Under the pieces are notes generated by a model. That model searched no databases. It was not told the origin of the DNA and worked only from the letters and a program-made list of their open reading frames with translations. From Candidatus Latescibacterota bacterium (GTDB lineage Bacteria; Latescibacterota; UBA2968; UBA8231): 64,000 bases of DNA. Location: the NCBI GenBank assembly GCA_965208105.1, contig OZ242318.1, positions 448,001-512,000 on the forward strand, given 5' to 3'. Of the stretch, positions 11,589 to 20,856 are shown in pieces; within the stretch, counting starts at the first letter, position 1, and every line of letters begins with the position of its first letter. Position numbers and translations under genes: made by a program.

Positions 11589-12793
11589 ATCAAGAGATCA
11601 TCCAACAATCCGAAGCCCTGAGGCCTCAGCTGGACAATTTTCAGCGAATTGCCCTGATCGTAGGATTGATCGGAACTACCGCAACTGCCGCCGGCTACTT
11701 CACGGATACGGATCAGTTCTTCCGTTCGTACCTTCTTGGCTTCATATACTGGGTTGGGCTTTCCCTTGGGAGCCTCGCCGTTCTGATGCTGCACCACGTC
11801 GCTGGAGGACGCTGGGGATTTTCCATACGGCGCCTGCTCGAAGCCGGCACTCGCACTCTTCCGCTCATGTTCATCCTTCTTTTGCCCATTCTCTTCTTCG
11901 GATTGCACAGCCTCTACGAATGGACCCATGTCGAGGTTGTGGCCGCCGACGAAATCCTGCAGAAGAAGAAGGGATATCTGAACGAGTCATTCTTCATTGG
12001 AAGGACCTTTGCCTACTTTGCCATGTGGGGCCTTCTGGCCTTTTTTCTCAACCGGTGGTCCTCTCAACAAGACCAGAATTCCGAAACACATTTTACCCGT
12101 AGGATGCAGAGGCTCAGCGCTCCCGGAATCCTGATCTATGCACTGAGCATGACTCTGGCCGCCGTAGACTGGATTATGTCATTGGAACCTCATTGGTTCT
12201 CGACAATCTTCAGTGCCGTTCACATCCTCGGCCAGATTCTGTTGACCTGGGCATTCATGATTCTTGTTGCCGTTCCGCTATCCCACCGGAAACCGCTGGA
12301 CATTCTGCTCACCAATGAGCGGCTGCGGGATCTGGGAACCCTTATGCTGGGCTTTGTAATGCTCTGGACCTACACGTCCTTTTCACAGCTCCTGATTATC
12401 TGGGCAGGAAATTTGCCTGAGGAGATTACCTGGTACATGACCCGGCTCAGCGGCGGCTGGCTGGACCTGGGATACTCGCTTATCGGGCTGCATTTCGTTG
12501 TTCCTTTCCTCCTGTTGATCTCTGCCCGCATCAAATCGCGTATTCCCGTCCTGGTGGGCATTGCAGCAGGCCTGTCCATCATGCGGCTGGTGGCCCTTTT
12601 CTGGGTAACCGCGCCGGCTTTCAGCCCTTCAGGCCTTGCGGTGCACTGGTTGGATATAGCTGCTCCCGTAGGCATAGGCGGAATCTGGCTCGCGGTTTTC
12701 TTCTGGCAATTAAAGGGGCGTTCCCTCATTGCCCTCAACGATCCGCGGTTCAACTATCTGCTAGACAGAGAAAACAGTCATGGCCATGGATAA
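11585..12793 (+). CDS. actF: Alternative complex III subunit F
   Basis: DWIMSLEPHWFSTIF and IIWAGNLPEE motifs; ATG at 11585 overlaps the actE stop. Confidence 0.92.
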   Translation: MNQEIIQQSEALRPQLDNFQRIALIVGLIGTTATAAGYFTDTDQFFRSYLLGFIYWVGLSLGSLAVLMLHHVAGGRWGFSIRRLLEAGTRTLPLMFILLLPILFFGLHSLYEWTHVEVVAADEILQKKKGYLNESFFIGRTFAYFAMWGLLAFFLNRWSSQQDQNSETHFTRRMQRLSAPGILIYALSMTLAAVDWIMSLEPHWFSTIFSAVHILGQILLTWAFMILVAVPLSHRKPLDILLTNERLRDLGTLMLGFVMLWTYTSFSQLLIIWAGNLPEEITWYMTRLSGGWLDLGYSLIGLHFVVPFLLLISARIKSRIPVLVGIAAGLSIMRLVALFWVTAPAFSPSGLAVHWLDIAAPVGIGGIWLAVFFWQLKGRSLIALNDPRFNYLLDRENSHGHG

Positions 12794-13184
12794 TCCTGCT
12801 GGAAACGCACCCGACCCGGGGCACGAAGTTACAGATGTCCCGGCTCGTCCACTTGCCCAGGTGGCAATAGCCATAGCAGTCCTGCTGGTGGGTTCCTTCC
12901 TTGCGATGTTCGTTCTATTTCGCATCTTCAACTACTACCAGCCCTTGTTCGACGATCCCCCTCACTCCCTTGCGGCCGTGCGCCAGGAAACCACCGGTCC
13001 CAGGATCCAGATCGATCCGCCCCGGCAGAAATTCGACCTGCGCGAAACCGAGGAGCAGATTCTGTCGACCTACGGCTGGGTCAACAAGGACGTGGGCTTG
13101 GCGCGGATACCCGTGGACCGCGCCATGGAACTTCTCGCAGAGAAGAAGGCCATGCTCAACATTCGCGCTTCAGAGGACCCCTAA
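12780..13184 (+). CDS. actG: Alternative complex III subunit G-like membrane protein
   Basis: Single TM; YGWVNK..ARIPVDRAM motif; position after actF. Confidence 0.75.
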   Translation: MAMDNPAGNAPDPGHEVTDVPARPLAQVAIAIAVLLVGSFLAMFVLFRIFNYYQPLFDDPPHSLAAVRQETTGPRIQIDPPRQKFDLRETEEQILSTYGWVNKDVGLARIPVDRAMELLAEKKAMLNIRASEDP

Positions 13185-13191
13185 ATTTCCC

Positions 13192-14046
13192 ATGCATAAT
13201 TCGTGTCTCCGGCTCAAATCTTTATTGTGCAGATGGGAGGGGAACCGCGTCCCGGGAATCGCCGCCTTCCTGCTTGGAGCAGTCCTTCTTCTGGCACCCG
13301 ACAGGTCTGCCTCTCAATCAATCAGCCCGGGGAATTTCGAGGAGATTGGAATCGACCAGAGGCTCGGTGAGCAGCTTCCGCTCGACCTCGTCTTCAACGA
13401 CGAAAACGGCAAGCCCGTTCCCCTGCGAAACTACTTCGGTGAAAAACCTGTAATTCTGTCCCTCGTTTATTACGAATGCCCCATGCTGTGTACCCAGGTC
13501 CTGAATGGTCTCTTGCGCAGTCTGAGAGTTCTCTCCCTCGACATCGGAAAAGAATTCGAAGTGGTCACCGTGAGTTTCGACCCGGGAGAAACATTCGAGT
13601 TGGCCGCCGCGAAAAAGAAAGAATACCTGAGGAGTTACGGCCGCGAGGGAGCCGGGCGAGGATGGCACTTCCTGACCGGTAGCGATGACCAGATTGACCG
13701 CCTGACCAGGGCCCTCGGTTTTCGCTATCAGTACGATCCAGAAACTGACGAGTACATTCACTCCAGTGGAATCATGGTTCTTACCCCCCAGGGAAAACTC
13801 GCCCGTTACTTCTACGGCATCGAGTACGCTCCCAAAGATTTGCGGCTGGGGTTGATTGAATCAGCCACCGACAAAATCGGCTCTCCCATCGATCAGGTGC
13901 TCTTGCTTTGTTACAGCTATGACCCGGAGAGTGGTAAGTACGGGCTGGTCATCGTTAATTCAATCCGGATTGCCGGCCTTGCCACTGTTGCGATTCTGGC
14001 GGGTTTTATCGTGACGATGATCCGTCGCGAGCGTAGTAAAAAGTAG
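13192..14046 (+). CDS. SCO1/SenC copper chaperone
   Basis: YYECPMLC (CxxxC), conserved His in YIHSSG, C-terminal TM; start uncertain. Confidence 0.9.
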   Translation: MHNSCLRLKSLLCRWEGNRVPGIAAFLLGAVLLLAPDRSASQSISPGNFEEIGIDQRLGEQLPLDLVFNDENGKPVPLRNYFGEKPVILSLVYYECPMLCTQVLNGLLRSLRVLSLDIGKEFEVVTVSFDPGETFELAAAKKKEYLRSYGREGAGRGWHFLTGSDDQIDRLTRALGFRYQYDPETDEYIHSSGIMVLTPQGKLARYFYGIEYAPKDLRLGLIESATDKIGSPIDQVLLLCYSYDPESGKYGLVIVNSIRIAGLATVAILAGFIVTMIRRERSKK

Positions 14047-14109
14047 ATGAAGTTGTGATTGTCGCTGGTGATAAGCCATCGCTGTTTTTCGATTTGAGGA
14101 TATCGATAG

Positions 14110-15045
14110 ATGTCGACTGATATGCGCTTGTTCCCCGAACTGGCCTCTACCATCGCCTGGCAGGTGGATGCCCTTTACATATTCATCGTCGTGCTTTCCG
14201 TCATCTTCACGGTGGGAATTTTCGTGGCCGTGGTCTATCTCGCCGTCAAATACCGCAGGCGCTCCGAAAATGAGCGCCCCAAGGCCATCCACGGTTCCAT
14301 ACCCCTGGAACTGTCATGGAGCATCATTCCATTTTTTATGGCCATTTTCGTATACATCTGGGGAGCCGACGTATATTTTCGCCTCTACCGCATGCCGGCC
14401 GATGCCATGGATGTCTACGTGGTTGGCAAGCAGTGGATGTGGAAAATCCAACACCCCGAGGGAAAGCGCGAGATCAACGAACTCCACGTTCCCGTCAACC
14501 AGCGCGTGCGCGTGACCTTGGCCTCCGAGGATGTAATTCACAGTTTCTTCATACCTGCCTTCAGAGTAAAAAAGGACGCAGTTCCAGGCCGTTATACTCA
14601 GCTCTGGTTTGAAGCCACGAAAGTGGGAGAGTATCATCTTTTCTGCGCCGAGTATTGCGGCACCGAACACTCGACCATGATCGGTAAGGTCATCGTAATG
14701 GAGGCAGAAGATTATCAGGACTGGCTCAGCGGAGGGGGCAGCGGCGAGACGATGGCACAGACCGGTGAACGGCAGTTCCAGCAACTAGGCTGCCAGACCT
14801 GCCACAAATCTCAGAACATCGGACGCGGTCCCACCCTGACCGGCGTTTTCGGAAAACCGGTGCAACTGGCTTCCGGCGAGACGGTAGTGGCCGACGAGGC
14901 CTACGTTCGGGAGTCCATTCTGAATCCCAGTGCCAAAATCGTCCACGGCTACACGCCGATCATGCCGACCTTTCAGGGCCAGGTCAGTGAAGAAACTCTG
15001 ATGCAGATAATTGCCTATATCAAGACTCTGAGCGCAGACGAATAA
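14110..15045 (+). CDS. coxB: Cytochrome c oxidase subunit II with fused cytochrome c (caa3 type)
   Basis: DVIHSF, CAEYCGTEHSTM CuA motif, C-terminal CQTCH. Confidence 0.97.
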   Translation: MSTDMRLFPELASTIAWQVDALYIFIVVLSVIFTVGIFVAVVYLAVKYRRRSENERPKAIHGSIPLELSWSIIPFFMAIFVYIWGADVYFRLYRMPADAMDVYVVGKQWMWKIQHPEGKREINELHVPVNQRVRVTLASEDVIHSFFIPAFRVKKDAVPGRYTQLWFEATKVGEYHLFCAEYCGTEHSTMIGKVIVMEAEDYQDWLSGGGSGETMAQTGERQFQQLGCQTCHKSQNIGRGPTLTGVFGKPVQLASGETVVADEAYVRESILNPSAKIVHGYTPIMPTFQGQVSEETLMQIIAYIKTLSADE

Positions 15046-15066
15046 GATGGGGAAGGAAAGTGTGAA

Positions 15067-16743
15067 ATGAGCGGCGCTACACTTGTTGGACCCATAGGGA
15101 GCAAAACGGAGAACTACCTCAATGCCAACTATGGCATACGGTCCTGGCTGCTGACCCTGGACCACAAGCGCATCGGCATACTCTACCTGGTGACGATTAC
15201 CCTTTTCTTTTGCATCGGTGGGATTTTCGCGTCGCTTATCAGGCTGGAATTGATAACGCCTCAGGGGGATCTGGTAGATTCAGAAACCTACAACAAACTT
15301 TTCACGATGCACGGCGTTGTCATGATCTTCTTCTTTCTGATCCCGTCGGTTCCCGCCGTGCTGGGAAACCTGGTCCTGCCGATCATGATCGGAGCCCGGG
15401 ATGTCGCTTTTCCCAGGCTGAATCTCCTGAGTTGGTACTGCCTCGTCGCCGGTGGGTCGCTTGCAACACTGGCCATAATCATGGGAGGGATAGATACTGG
15501 ATGGACCTTCTACACCCCCTACAGCAGCACCTACTCCAACTCATACGTGGCCCTTGCTCTGACGGGTGTCTTCATAAACGGATTTTCATCCATCCTGACC
15601 GGCGTCAACTTTGTCACGACCGTGCACAAGATGCGGGCACCGGGCATGACCTGGTTTCGGCTTCCTCTTTTTATCTGGGCCCAGTACGCCACCAGCGTGA
15701 TTATGATTTTGGGCACGCCTGTCGTAGCCATAACCTTGCTTCTGGTAGCCCTGGAGCGAGTCCTGCGCATCGGCATCTTCGATCCGGCTCTCGGTGGCGA
15801 CCCAATTCTTTTCCAGCATCTATTCTGGTTCTACTCGCACCCCGCGGTCTATATCATGATCGTGCCCGGCTTTGGCGTAATCAGCGAGGTCATCGCTTGC
15901 TTCTCCCGCAAGCGAATATTCGGCTACTCCTTTGTGGCCTTCTCCAGCCTGGCGATCGCAGTCCTGGGTTTCCTGGTATGGGGTCATCACATGTTCACCA
16001 CCGGGCAGTCGGTTTATGCCGGAATGGTCTTCTCCTTCATTACCTTCTTCATTGCCGTTCCTACCGCTATCAAGATTTTCAACTGGACCGCCACCCTGTA
16101 CAAAGGTTCCGTATCACTCGATTCCCCAATGCTCTACGCCCTGGGATTCATCGGGCTGTTTACAATCGGCGGCTTGACCGGCCTGGTCCTCTCGACTCTG
16201 GGCGTAGATGTCCACCTCCATGACACCTACTTTGTCGTCGCCCATTTTCACTATGTCATGGTCGGTGGTATGGTCATGGCCTTCTTGAGCGGCCTTCATT
16301 TCTGGTGGCCCAAATTCATGGGACGCCTCTTCCCTGAAGGCTGGGCAAAAACCGGCGCCATTCTGATCTTCGCCGGCTTCAACCTGACCTTCTTCCCCCA
16401 ATTCGTGCTCGGGTACCTGGGCATGCCGAGGCGCTACCATGTCTACCCGGAAGAATTTCAGGTGCTTAACGTCATGTCTACCGCCGGGGCTTCGGTCCTC
16501 GGAGTTGGCTACATGATCCTATTCCTTTCGCTCCTGTGGTCTCTTTTCAAAGGGCCCAAGGCCCCTGCAAACCCCTGGCAGGCCAAGGGCCTCGAGTGGG
16601 ATATCCCAACTCCTCCCCCACTGCACAATTTTGAAGTCATGCCCGTAGTCACGAAAGAGGCCTACCCCTACGACGAACCGGATGAGGAGATCGAGCAAAT
16701 CGGAGAAACCGAACGCGTCAAGCAGGAGGAAGAAGTTGTCTGA
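15067..16743 (+). CDS. coxA: Cytochrome c oxidase subunit I, A2-type
   Basis: WFYSHPAVY (YS motif), WGHHMF, VAHFHY and GMPRRY. Confidence 0.98.
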   Translation: MSGATLVGPIGSKTENYLNANYGIRSWLLTLDHKRIGILYLVTITLFFCIGGIFASLIRLELITPQGDLVDSETYNKLFTMHGVVMIFFFLIPSVPAVLGNLVLPIMIGARDVAFPRLNLLSWYCLVAGGSLATLAIIMGGIDTGWTFYTPYSSTYSNSYVALALTGVFINGFSSILTGVNFVTTVHKMRAPGMTWFRLPLFIWAQYATSVIMILGTPVVAITLLLVALERVLRIGIFDPALGGDPILFQHLFWFYSHPAVYIMIVPGFGVISEVIACFSRKRIFGYSFVAFSSLAIAVLGFLVWGHHMFTTGQSVYAGMVFSFITFFIAVPTAIKIFNWTATLYKGSVSLDSPMLYALGFIGLFTIGGLTGLVLSTLGVDVHLHDTYFVVAHFHYVMVGGMVMAFLSGLHFWWPKFMGRLFPEGWAKTGAILIFAGFNLTFFPQFVLGYLGMPRRYHVYPEEFQVLNVMSTAGASVLGVGYMILFLSLLWSLFKGPKAPANPWQAKGLEWDIPTPPPLHNFEVMPVVTKEAYPYDEPDEEIEQIGETERVKQEEEVV

Positions 16744-17383
16744 TACCCATTCCACTGCTCTTCACCACCACTTCGACGATCTGGAGCAGCAGTACAGCGC
16801 CTCGAATATGGGGATGTGGGCTTTTATCGCCCAGGAAATCATGTTTTTCGGAGGGCTCTTTGGCGGCTATACCGTTTACCGCAATATGCATACCGCGGCC
16901 TTTATCGAAGGAAGCCACCATCTGCCCATTGCCTGGGGCGCGTTCAACACGGCCGTCCTCATAGGAAGCAGCCTTACCGTTGCCCTTGCGGTCCGCGCCG
17001 CCCAGCAGGGCAGGAAAAATGCCATCTTCAACTGGATTCTGGCAACCATGTTTCTGGGCTCCGTGTTTCTGGGGGTCAAGTATATCGAGTACTCCGACAA
17101 GTGGCACCATCACCTCGTTCCCGGTCTCAACTTTTTCTATGAAGGCCCCCTTGCCGGCCAGATGAAAATTTTCTTCTCCTTCTACTTCGTCATGACCGGC
17201 ATGCACGCTCTCCACATGATTATCGGCATTGTCATCATGATCTTCCTGTTGCCCAAAATCAGGCGCGGAACCTACACGGCGGAGTATTTCAACCCAATCG
17301 AAAATTTCGGACTATACTGGCACTTTGTCGACATAGTCTGGATCTTTCTATTCCCACTGCTTTATCTCATCGGCGGCCGCTGA
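16736..17383 (+). CDS. coxC: Cytochrome c oxidase subunit III
   Basis: [16 protein letters not shown] and [10 protein letters not shown]; probable TTG start at 16736. Confidence 0.95.
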   Translation: MSDTHSTALHHHFDDLEQQYSASNMGMWAFIAQEIMFFGGLFGGYTVYRNMHTAAFIEGSHHLPIAWGAFNTAVLIGSSLTVALAVRAAQQGRKNAIFNWILATMFLGSVFLGVKYIEYSDKWHHHLVPGLNFFYEGPLAGQMKIFFSFYFVMTGMHALHMIIGIVIMIFLLPKIRRGTYTAEYFNPIENFGLYWHFVDIVWIFLFPLLYLIGGR

Positions 17384-17385
17384 AG

Positions 17386-17715
17386 ATGACAGAACACAAT
17401 TCGGACCATCACGTACTACCGGTAAAGCTATACCTGCTCATTTTTTTCTGTTTAATGGTCGGTACTGTCCTGACCGTGGCAGCGGCCTACATCGAACTGG
17501 GTTGGTTCAACACCCCGCTGGCACTTATCATCGCGGTCGCCAAGGCCACTCTGGTGGTCCTCTTCTTCATGCACGTCCGTTACAATACTCCGCTGATGTG
17601 GGTCTTTGCGGCCGGCGGCTTCTTCTTTCTGATTATCCTGCTGGCCCTGACCATGCAGGATTATTACTCCAGGGATTGGGAAGCTCCCCCTCCCGTTGAG
17701 TTTCTCGAACAGTGA
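17386..17715 (+). CDS. coxD: Cytochrome c oxidase subunit IV (prokaryotic)
   Basis: AKATLVVLFFMHV motif; three TMs. Confidence 0.9.
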   Translation: MTEHNSDHHVLPVKLYLLIFFCLMVGTVLTVAAAYIELGWFNTPLALIIAVAKATLVVLFFMHVRYNTPLMWVFAAGGFFFLIILLALTMQDYYSRDWEAPPPVEFLEQ

Positions 17716-17758
17716 AGCGATTCATTTAAAGCCCACTGAATTTTCCTTCGAACACCAA

Positions 17759-17790
17759 ACCCCGCAGCGGAGCCAGTGCCGCTGCGGGGT
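17759..17790. terminator. Intrinsic terminator hairpin (possibly bidirectional) after the act-cox operon
   Basis: accccgcagcgg-8 nt-ccgctgcggggt between convergent genes. Confidence 0.8.
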
Positions 17791-17850
17791 CATTTGTTCA
17801 ATGCCACCAAAATCCGGTGGCGTGCTTGGGAGATGTCGTTCCTGGATGCG

Positions 17851-18213
17851 CTAGATTGACCTCACAATGGCAAGAATGGCATTATGAGGTACGACCATGT
17901 ATTTATCGTTATCAAATTTTATCTCAATTGCGTCCTTGCGCATGAAGATCGCATGGTCTCCCTTCTGGGCTTGCGGGGGAATGTAGCGTCTCTGCTCCCT
18001 CTCGTCTCCACTCCATGGCGCTTCATCCTCCGGTCCCCTGGGCGGAAGGGGTATACCGGGTCCTACCTCTTCCACCATTCCACTTTGAACATTTTCCTTT
18101 TCCAGGGCGGTCGGCGGCAGGTACAGCCCCACTTCGGTGCGATTTTCCACGTCATCCAACCTGATCAGCACGCGATCCCCCACCACGATCAGCTCTCTAT
18201 CTCCTCTAATCAT
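17851..18213 (-). CDS. GroES/Cpn10 family protein (divergent, no groEL nearby)
   Basis: VGDRVLI..GLYLPP..G.VEEVGPG..GD..ILAIV; ATG at 18213. Confidence 0.85.
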   Translation of the reverse strand: MIRGDRELIVVGDRVLIRLDDVENRTEVGLYLPPTALEKENVQSGMVEEVGPGIPLPPRGPEDEAPWSGDEREQRRYIPPQAQKGDHAIFMRKDAIEIKFDNDKYMVVPHNAILAIVRSI

Positions 18214-18952
18214 CTCCAGACCTCTCCGCAGCTGCGACTGCAGCTCCAATGATACCGGCGTCATTGCGCATCCTGGCAGCAACTACCTCCATACTCACAT
18301 CGAGCAAAGGGATAAATTTATGGTGCTTTTTGCTTACTCCCCCTCCGACAATGACGAGGTCGGGACACAGATACAGTTCCAGGTGGGCAAGGTACTCGCT
18401 CACATTGCGGGCCCATTTCTTCCAGCTGATTTTCTTGTGCTCGCGAACGTTGGCCGCTGCCCTCTTCTCCGCGTCCTTGCCCCGAATCTCGACATGGCCG
18501 AATTCCGTATTGGGCACCAACCTTCCATCTACGAAGAGAGCCGTGCCGATGCCCGTGCCCAAGGTGATGACCAGGACGGTTCCGCTCCGGTCCCGGCCGG
18601 CGCCAAAACGCATTTCGGCCAATCCGGCAAGGTCGGCATCGTTCGCCACGGTGAAGGAGCAACCAGTGAAATCTGAAAATGTGGCCTCTGCATGAATCCC
18701 TATCCATTTTTTCGAGAGATGGTAGGCAAATCGCACCTTGCCGTTTTGAATGACCGCAGGCAGGCCGCACCCAACCGGACCTTCCCAATCAAAGTGCGAA
18801 ATAATCCTGGAAATGGTCTTGCACATTGCCTCGGGGGTTGCCGGTTTCGGAGTAAGCAGGCGGAACCGATCGGTTGTCAACTCCCCTCTCTCGGTGTCAA
18901 TCAGGCCCCCTTTCATGCCCGTGCCGCCGATATCGATCCCAAGGTATTCCAC
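18206..18952 (-). CDS. ppgK: ROK family polyphosphate glucokinase
   Basis: GIDIGGTGMK, NDADLAGLAE, TLGTGIG, PNTEFGH and NDAGIIGAA. Confidence 0.9.
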   Translation of the reverse strand: MEYLGIDIGGTGMKGGLIDTERGELTTDRFRLLTPKPATPEAMCKTISRIISHFDWEGPVGCGLPAVIQNGKVRFAYHLSKKWIGIHAEATFSDFTGCSFTVANDADLAGLAEMRFGAGRDRSGTVLVITLGTGIGTALFVDGRLVPNTEFGHVEIRGKDAEKRAAANVREHKKISWKKWARNVSEYLAHLELYLCPDLVIVGGGVSKKHHKFIPLLDVSMEVVAARMRNDAGIIGAAVAAAERSGDD

Positions 18953-18990
18953 TGTTCACCCCGCGCTTGCCCGATTCGAAACCATCTTGA

Positions 18991-20499
18991 CTACTGCAGA
19001 TACAAGGCAAAGAGTCTGCCGTCTTCGACGCGGATCCCCTCCCAGCGAACCAGCAGCCGAACCGGATGTCCAAAGTGCTCCAGCGAGCTCCGTTCTCCCC
19101 AGCGCACCAGTTGCCTCAGACCCGATTCGGCGACAATCCCGCAGTCCTTGCCCGAAAATCCTGGAATGGGTCGGAATTGCAGATCGAGCAGCTCGACGCG
19201 CAACTGGCTGTATTCCCCGAGACGGTCGGCGTTGACGAAAACCTGGCGGCCCTCCCGCTCCAGATCGATGGGACAGGAGATACAGTGCGGCATGTAGGCT
19301 CCCGCCTGCGAGCCGTAGTTGCGCGGGCAGGGAGAAAACCAGCCGAGACGGTCGCGCACCCAGGTGGCCACCCAGACACCTGTTTGGGACCAGGGGTTGT
19401 CCAAGGTCCAATCCGAGGCCTCCTGGCGCCAAATACTGAACCAGATCACCGTGCGGTCGCCGATGTTCGCCCAAGAGTTGTGCATCAGACGCGGGGAGGC
19501 AAACCCTCCTGTGGGCGTCCTGATCTCGTAGGAGTGGACCATTTTGAAATCGGGGACCGGTTCCACGAAATGCAGCCCATTGTGGCTGATGGCAAACCCA
19601 AGGTCAACGACCACGTCCCGGCGGTCATTGGTGGGACCGTGCCACTGGCCGTAGAGGCCGAGCAGCACATTGCCGCGGTTCCATGGCACCATTCCCTCAT
19701 GAATTTGTTCGCCCGAATGGCACTCGAAGGATTCGGGAGGCCGTGGCGGAATGGGGTCACGGCGAAAGCTCATGGCTGCGGCCTGGGTCCAGTTGACCAG
19801 GTCGTAGGATGCGAAGGTGATTACGGTGCGCTTGGAGGCATTGGCGACGGGATGAGGGACTGACCGGGTCCAGGCCGATGGACCATTTTGCCCGTTGACG
19901 AAGTAGCAGCCTCCCCACTTGAAGATGGAGGCGATCTCCATGTTGATATCACCGAACAATTTGCGGTCTTCGCCGCTGGGAGTCCAATGCAGGCCGTCAG
20001 CGCTGAAGGAAGTGTTTTCGCCGTTGGAAGAAATTGATTTGAACGGCCATTCGGCGTCCTCCGGCTCATAGAGCATCCATTCACCGCAGGGGCCTTCAAC
20101 GAGATTGTTATCTTTGCTGCCGTGAACCTCCACAAGCCCCAGATTGGGCTTCTCCCACTGAAAGCCATCCTTTGACACGGCGTAGAGACCGGTGCGCCGC
20201 CGGCGATTGTCGTCGGCGCCAAGATACCACATGCGGTATTCGCCGTCCACGAAGAATACGTTCGGGCTGAGAACCTCGGTCGAATCCGGTGAGCCGGGAG
20301 GGCCATGGGTCACCACAGGCCCTTCGGGATGGCGTTCGTCCACGTCAATGTTGTTGCCGTAGTCCATCTCGGCTTTGTTGGTGCGTCCCGATTGAAGGCT
20401 CAGATTCAAATCGCGAACGAAAGGCATCGTACAGTGGTCGAAGGGGAACAGCACCGCCTCTTCAACGGAATCAACCGGACTGGAATTCTGAACTCGCAC
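18991..20499 (-). CDS. Hypothetical five-bladed beta-propeller (GH32/43/130-like) protein with C-terminal beta-sandwich
   Basis: YRMWY, YAVSKDGFQWEKPNLGLV, SADGLHW and SYDLVNW Asp-box-like repeats; PIPGFS..DC motif; no signal peptide. Confidence 0.6.
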   Translation of the reverse strand: MRVQNSSPVDSVEEAVLFPFDHCTMPFVRDLNLSLQSGRTNKAEMDYGNNIDVDERHPEGPVVTHGPPGSPDSTEVLSPNVFFVDGEYRMWYLGADDNRRRRTGLYAVSKDGFQWEKPNLGLVEVHGSKDNNLVEGPCGEWMLYEPEDAEWPFKSISSNGENTSFSADGLHWTPSGEDRKLFGDINMEIASIFKWGGCYFVNGQNGPSAWTRSVPHPVANASKRTVITFASYDLVNWTQAAAMSFRRDPIPPRPPESFECHSGEQIHEGMVPWNRGNVLLGLYGQWHGPTNDRRDVVVDLGFAISHNGLHFVEPVPDFKMVHSYEIRTPTGGFASPRLMHNSWANIGDRTVIWFSIWRQEASDWTLDNPWSQTGVWVATWVRDRLGWFSPCPRNYGSQAGAYMPHCISCPIDLEREGRQVFVNADRLGEYSQLRVELLDLQFRPIPGFSGKDCGIVAESGLRQLVRWGERSSLEHFGHPVRLLVRWEGIRVEDGRLFALYLQ

Positions 20500-20856
20500 G
20501 GGTAAAACTCCCCTTTTTCCTAGTGTCCCTTCGCAGAGATAAGTTGACGAAATTGGACCGCCGAGGCGCCAGGCTCACATGGCGCCTGAGCGAGTCGTAC
20601 CGGTGGTGTACGGCGAGAGAAGGCAACGCCGCGGGCCCGGATGGATCGGCGGGAAAATGGCGGCATATTTCTGCGATGGGACCCTATATTCACATTCACA
20701 AATGGACCCTGGACAGCTTGACTCAATAAAATTTCTTTTCCTAATTTCAGTCAGTCCAACCCAAGATAGCCCTTCCGATTTTCAAAGACAAGGACTTTCT
20801 GGGGGTAAATCTTCTCCATCGATGTGCAGCGAAATTAGGGCAGTACATCCCTGATT

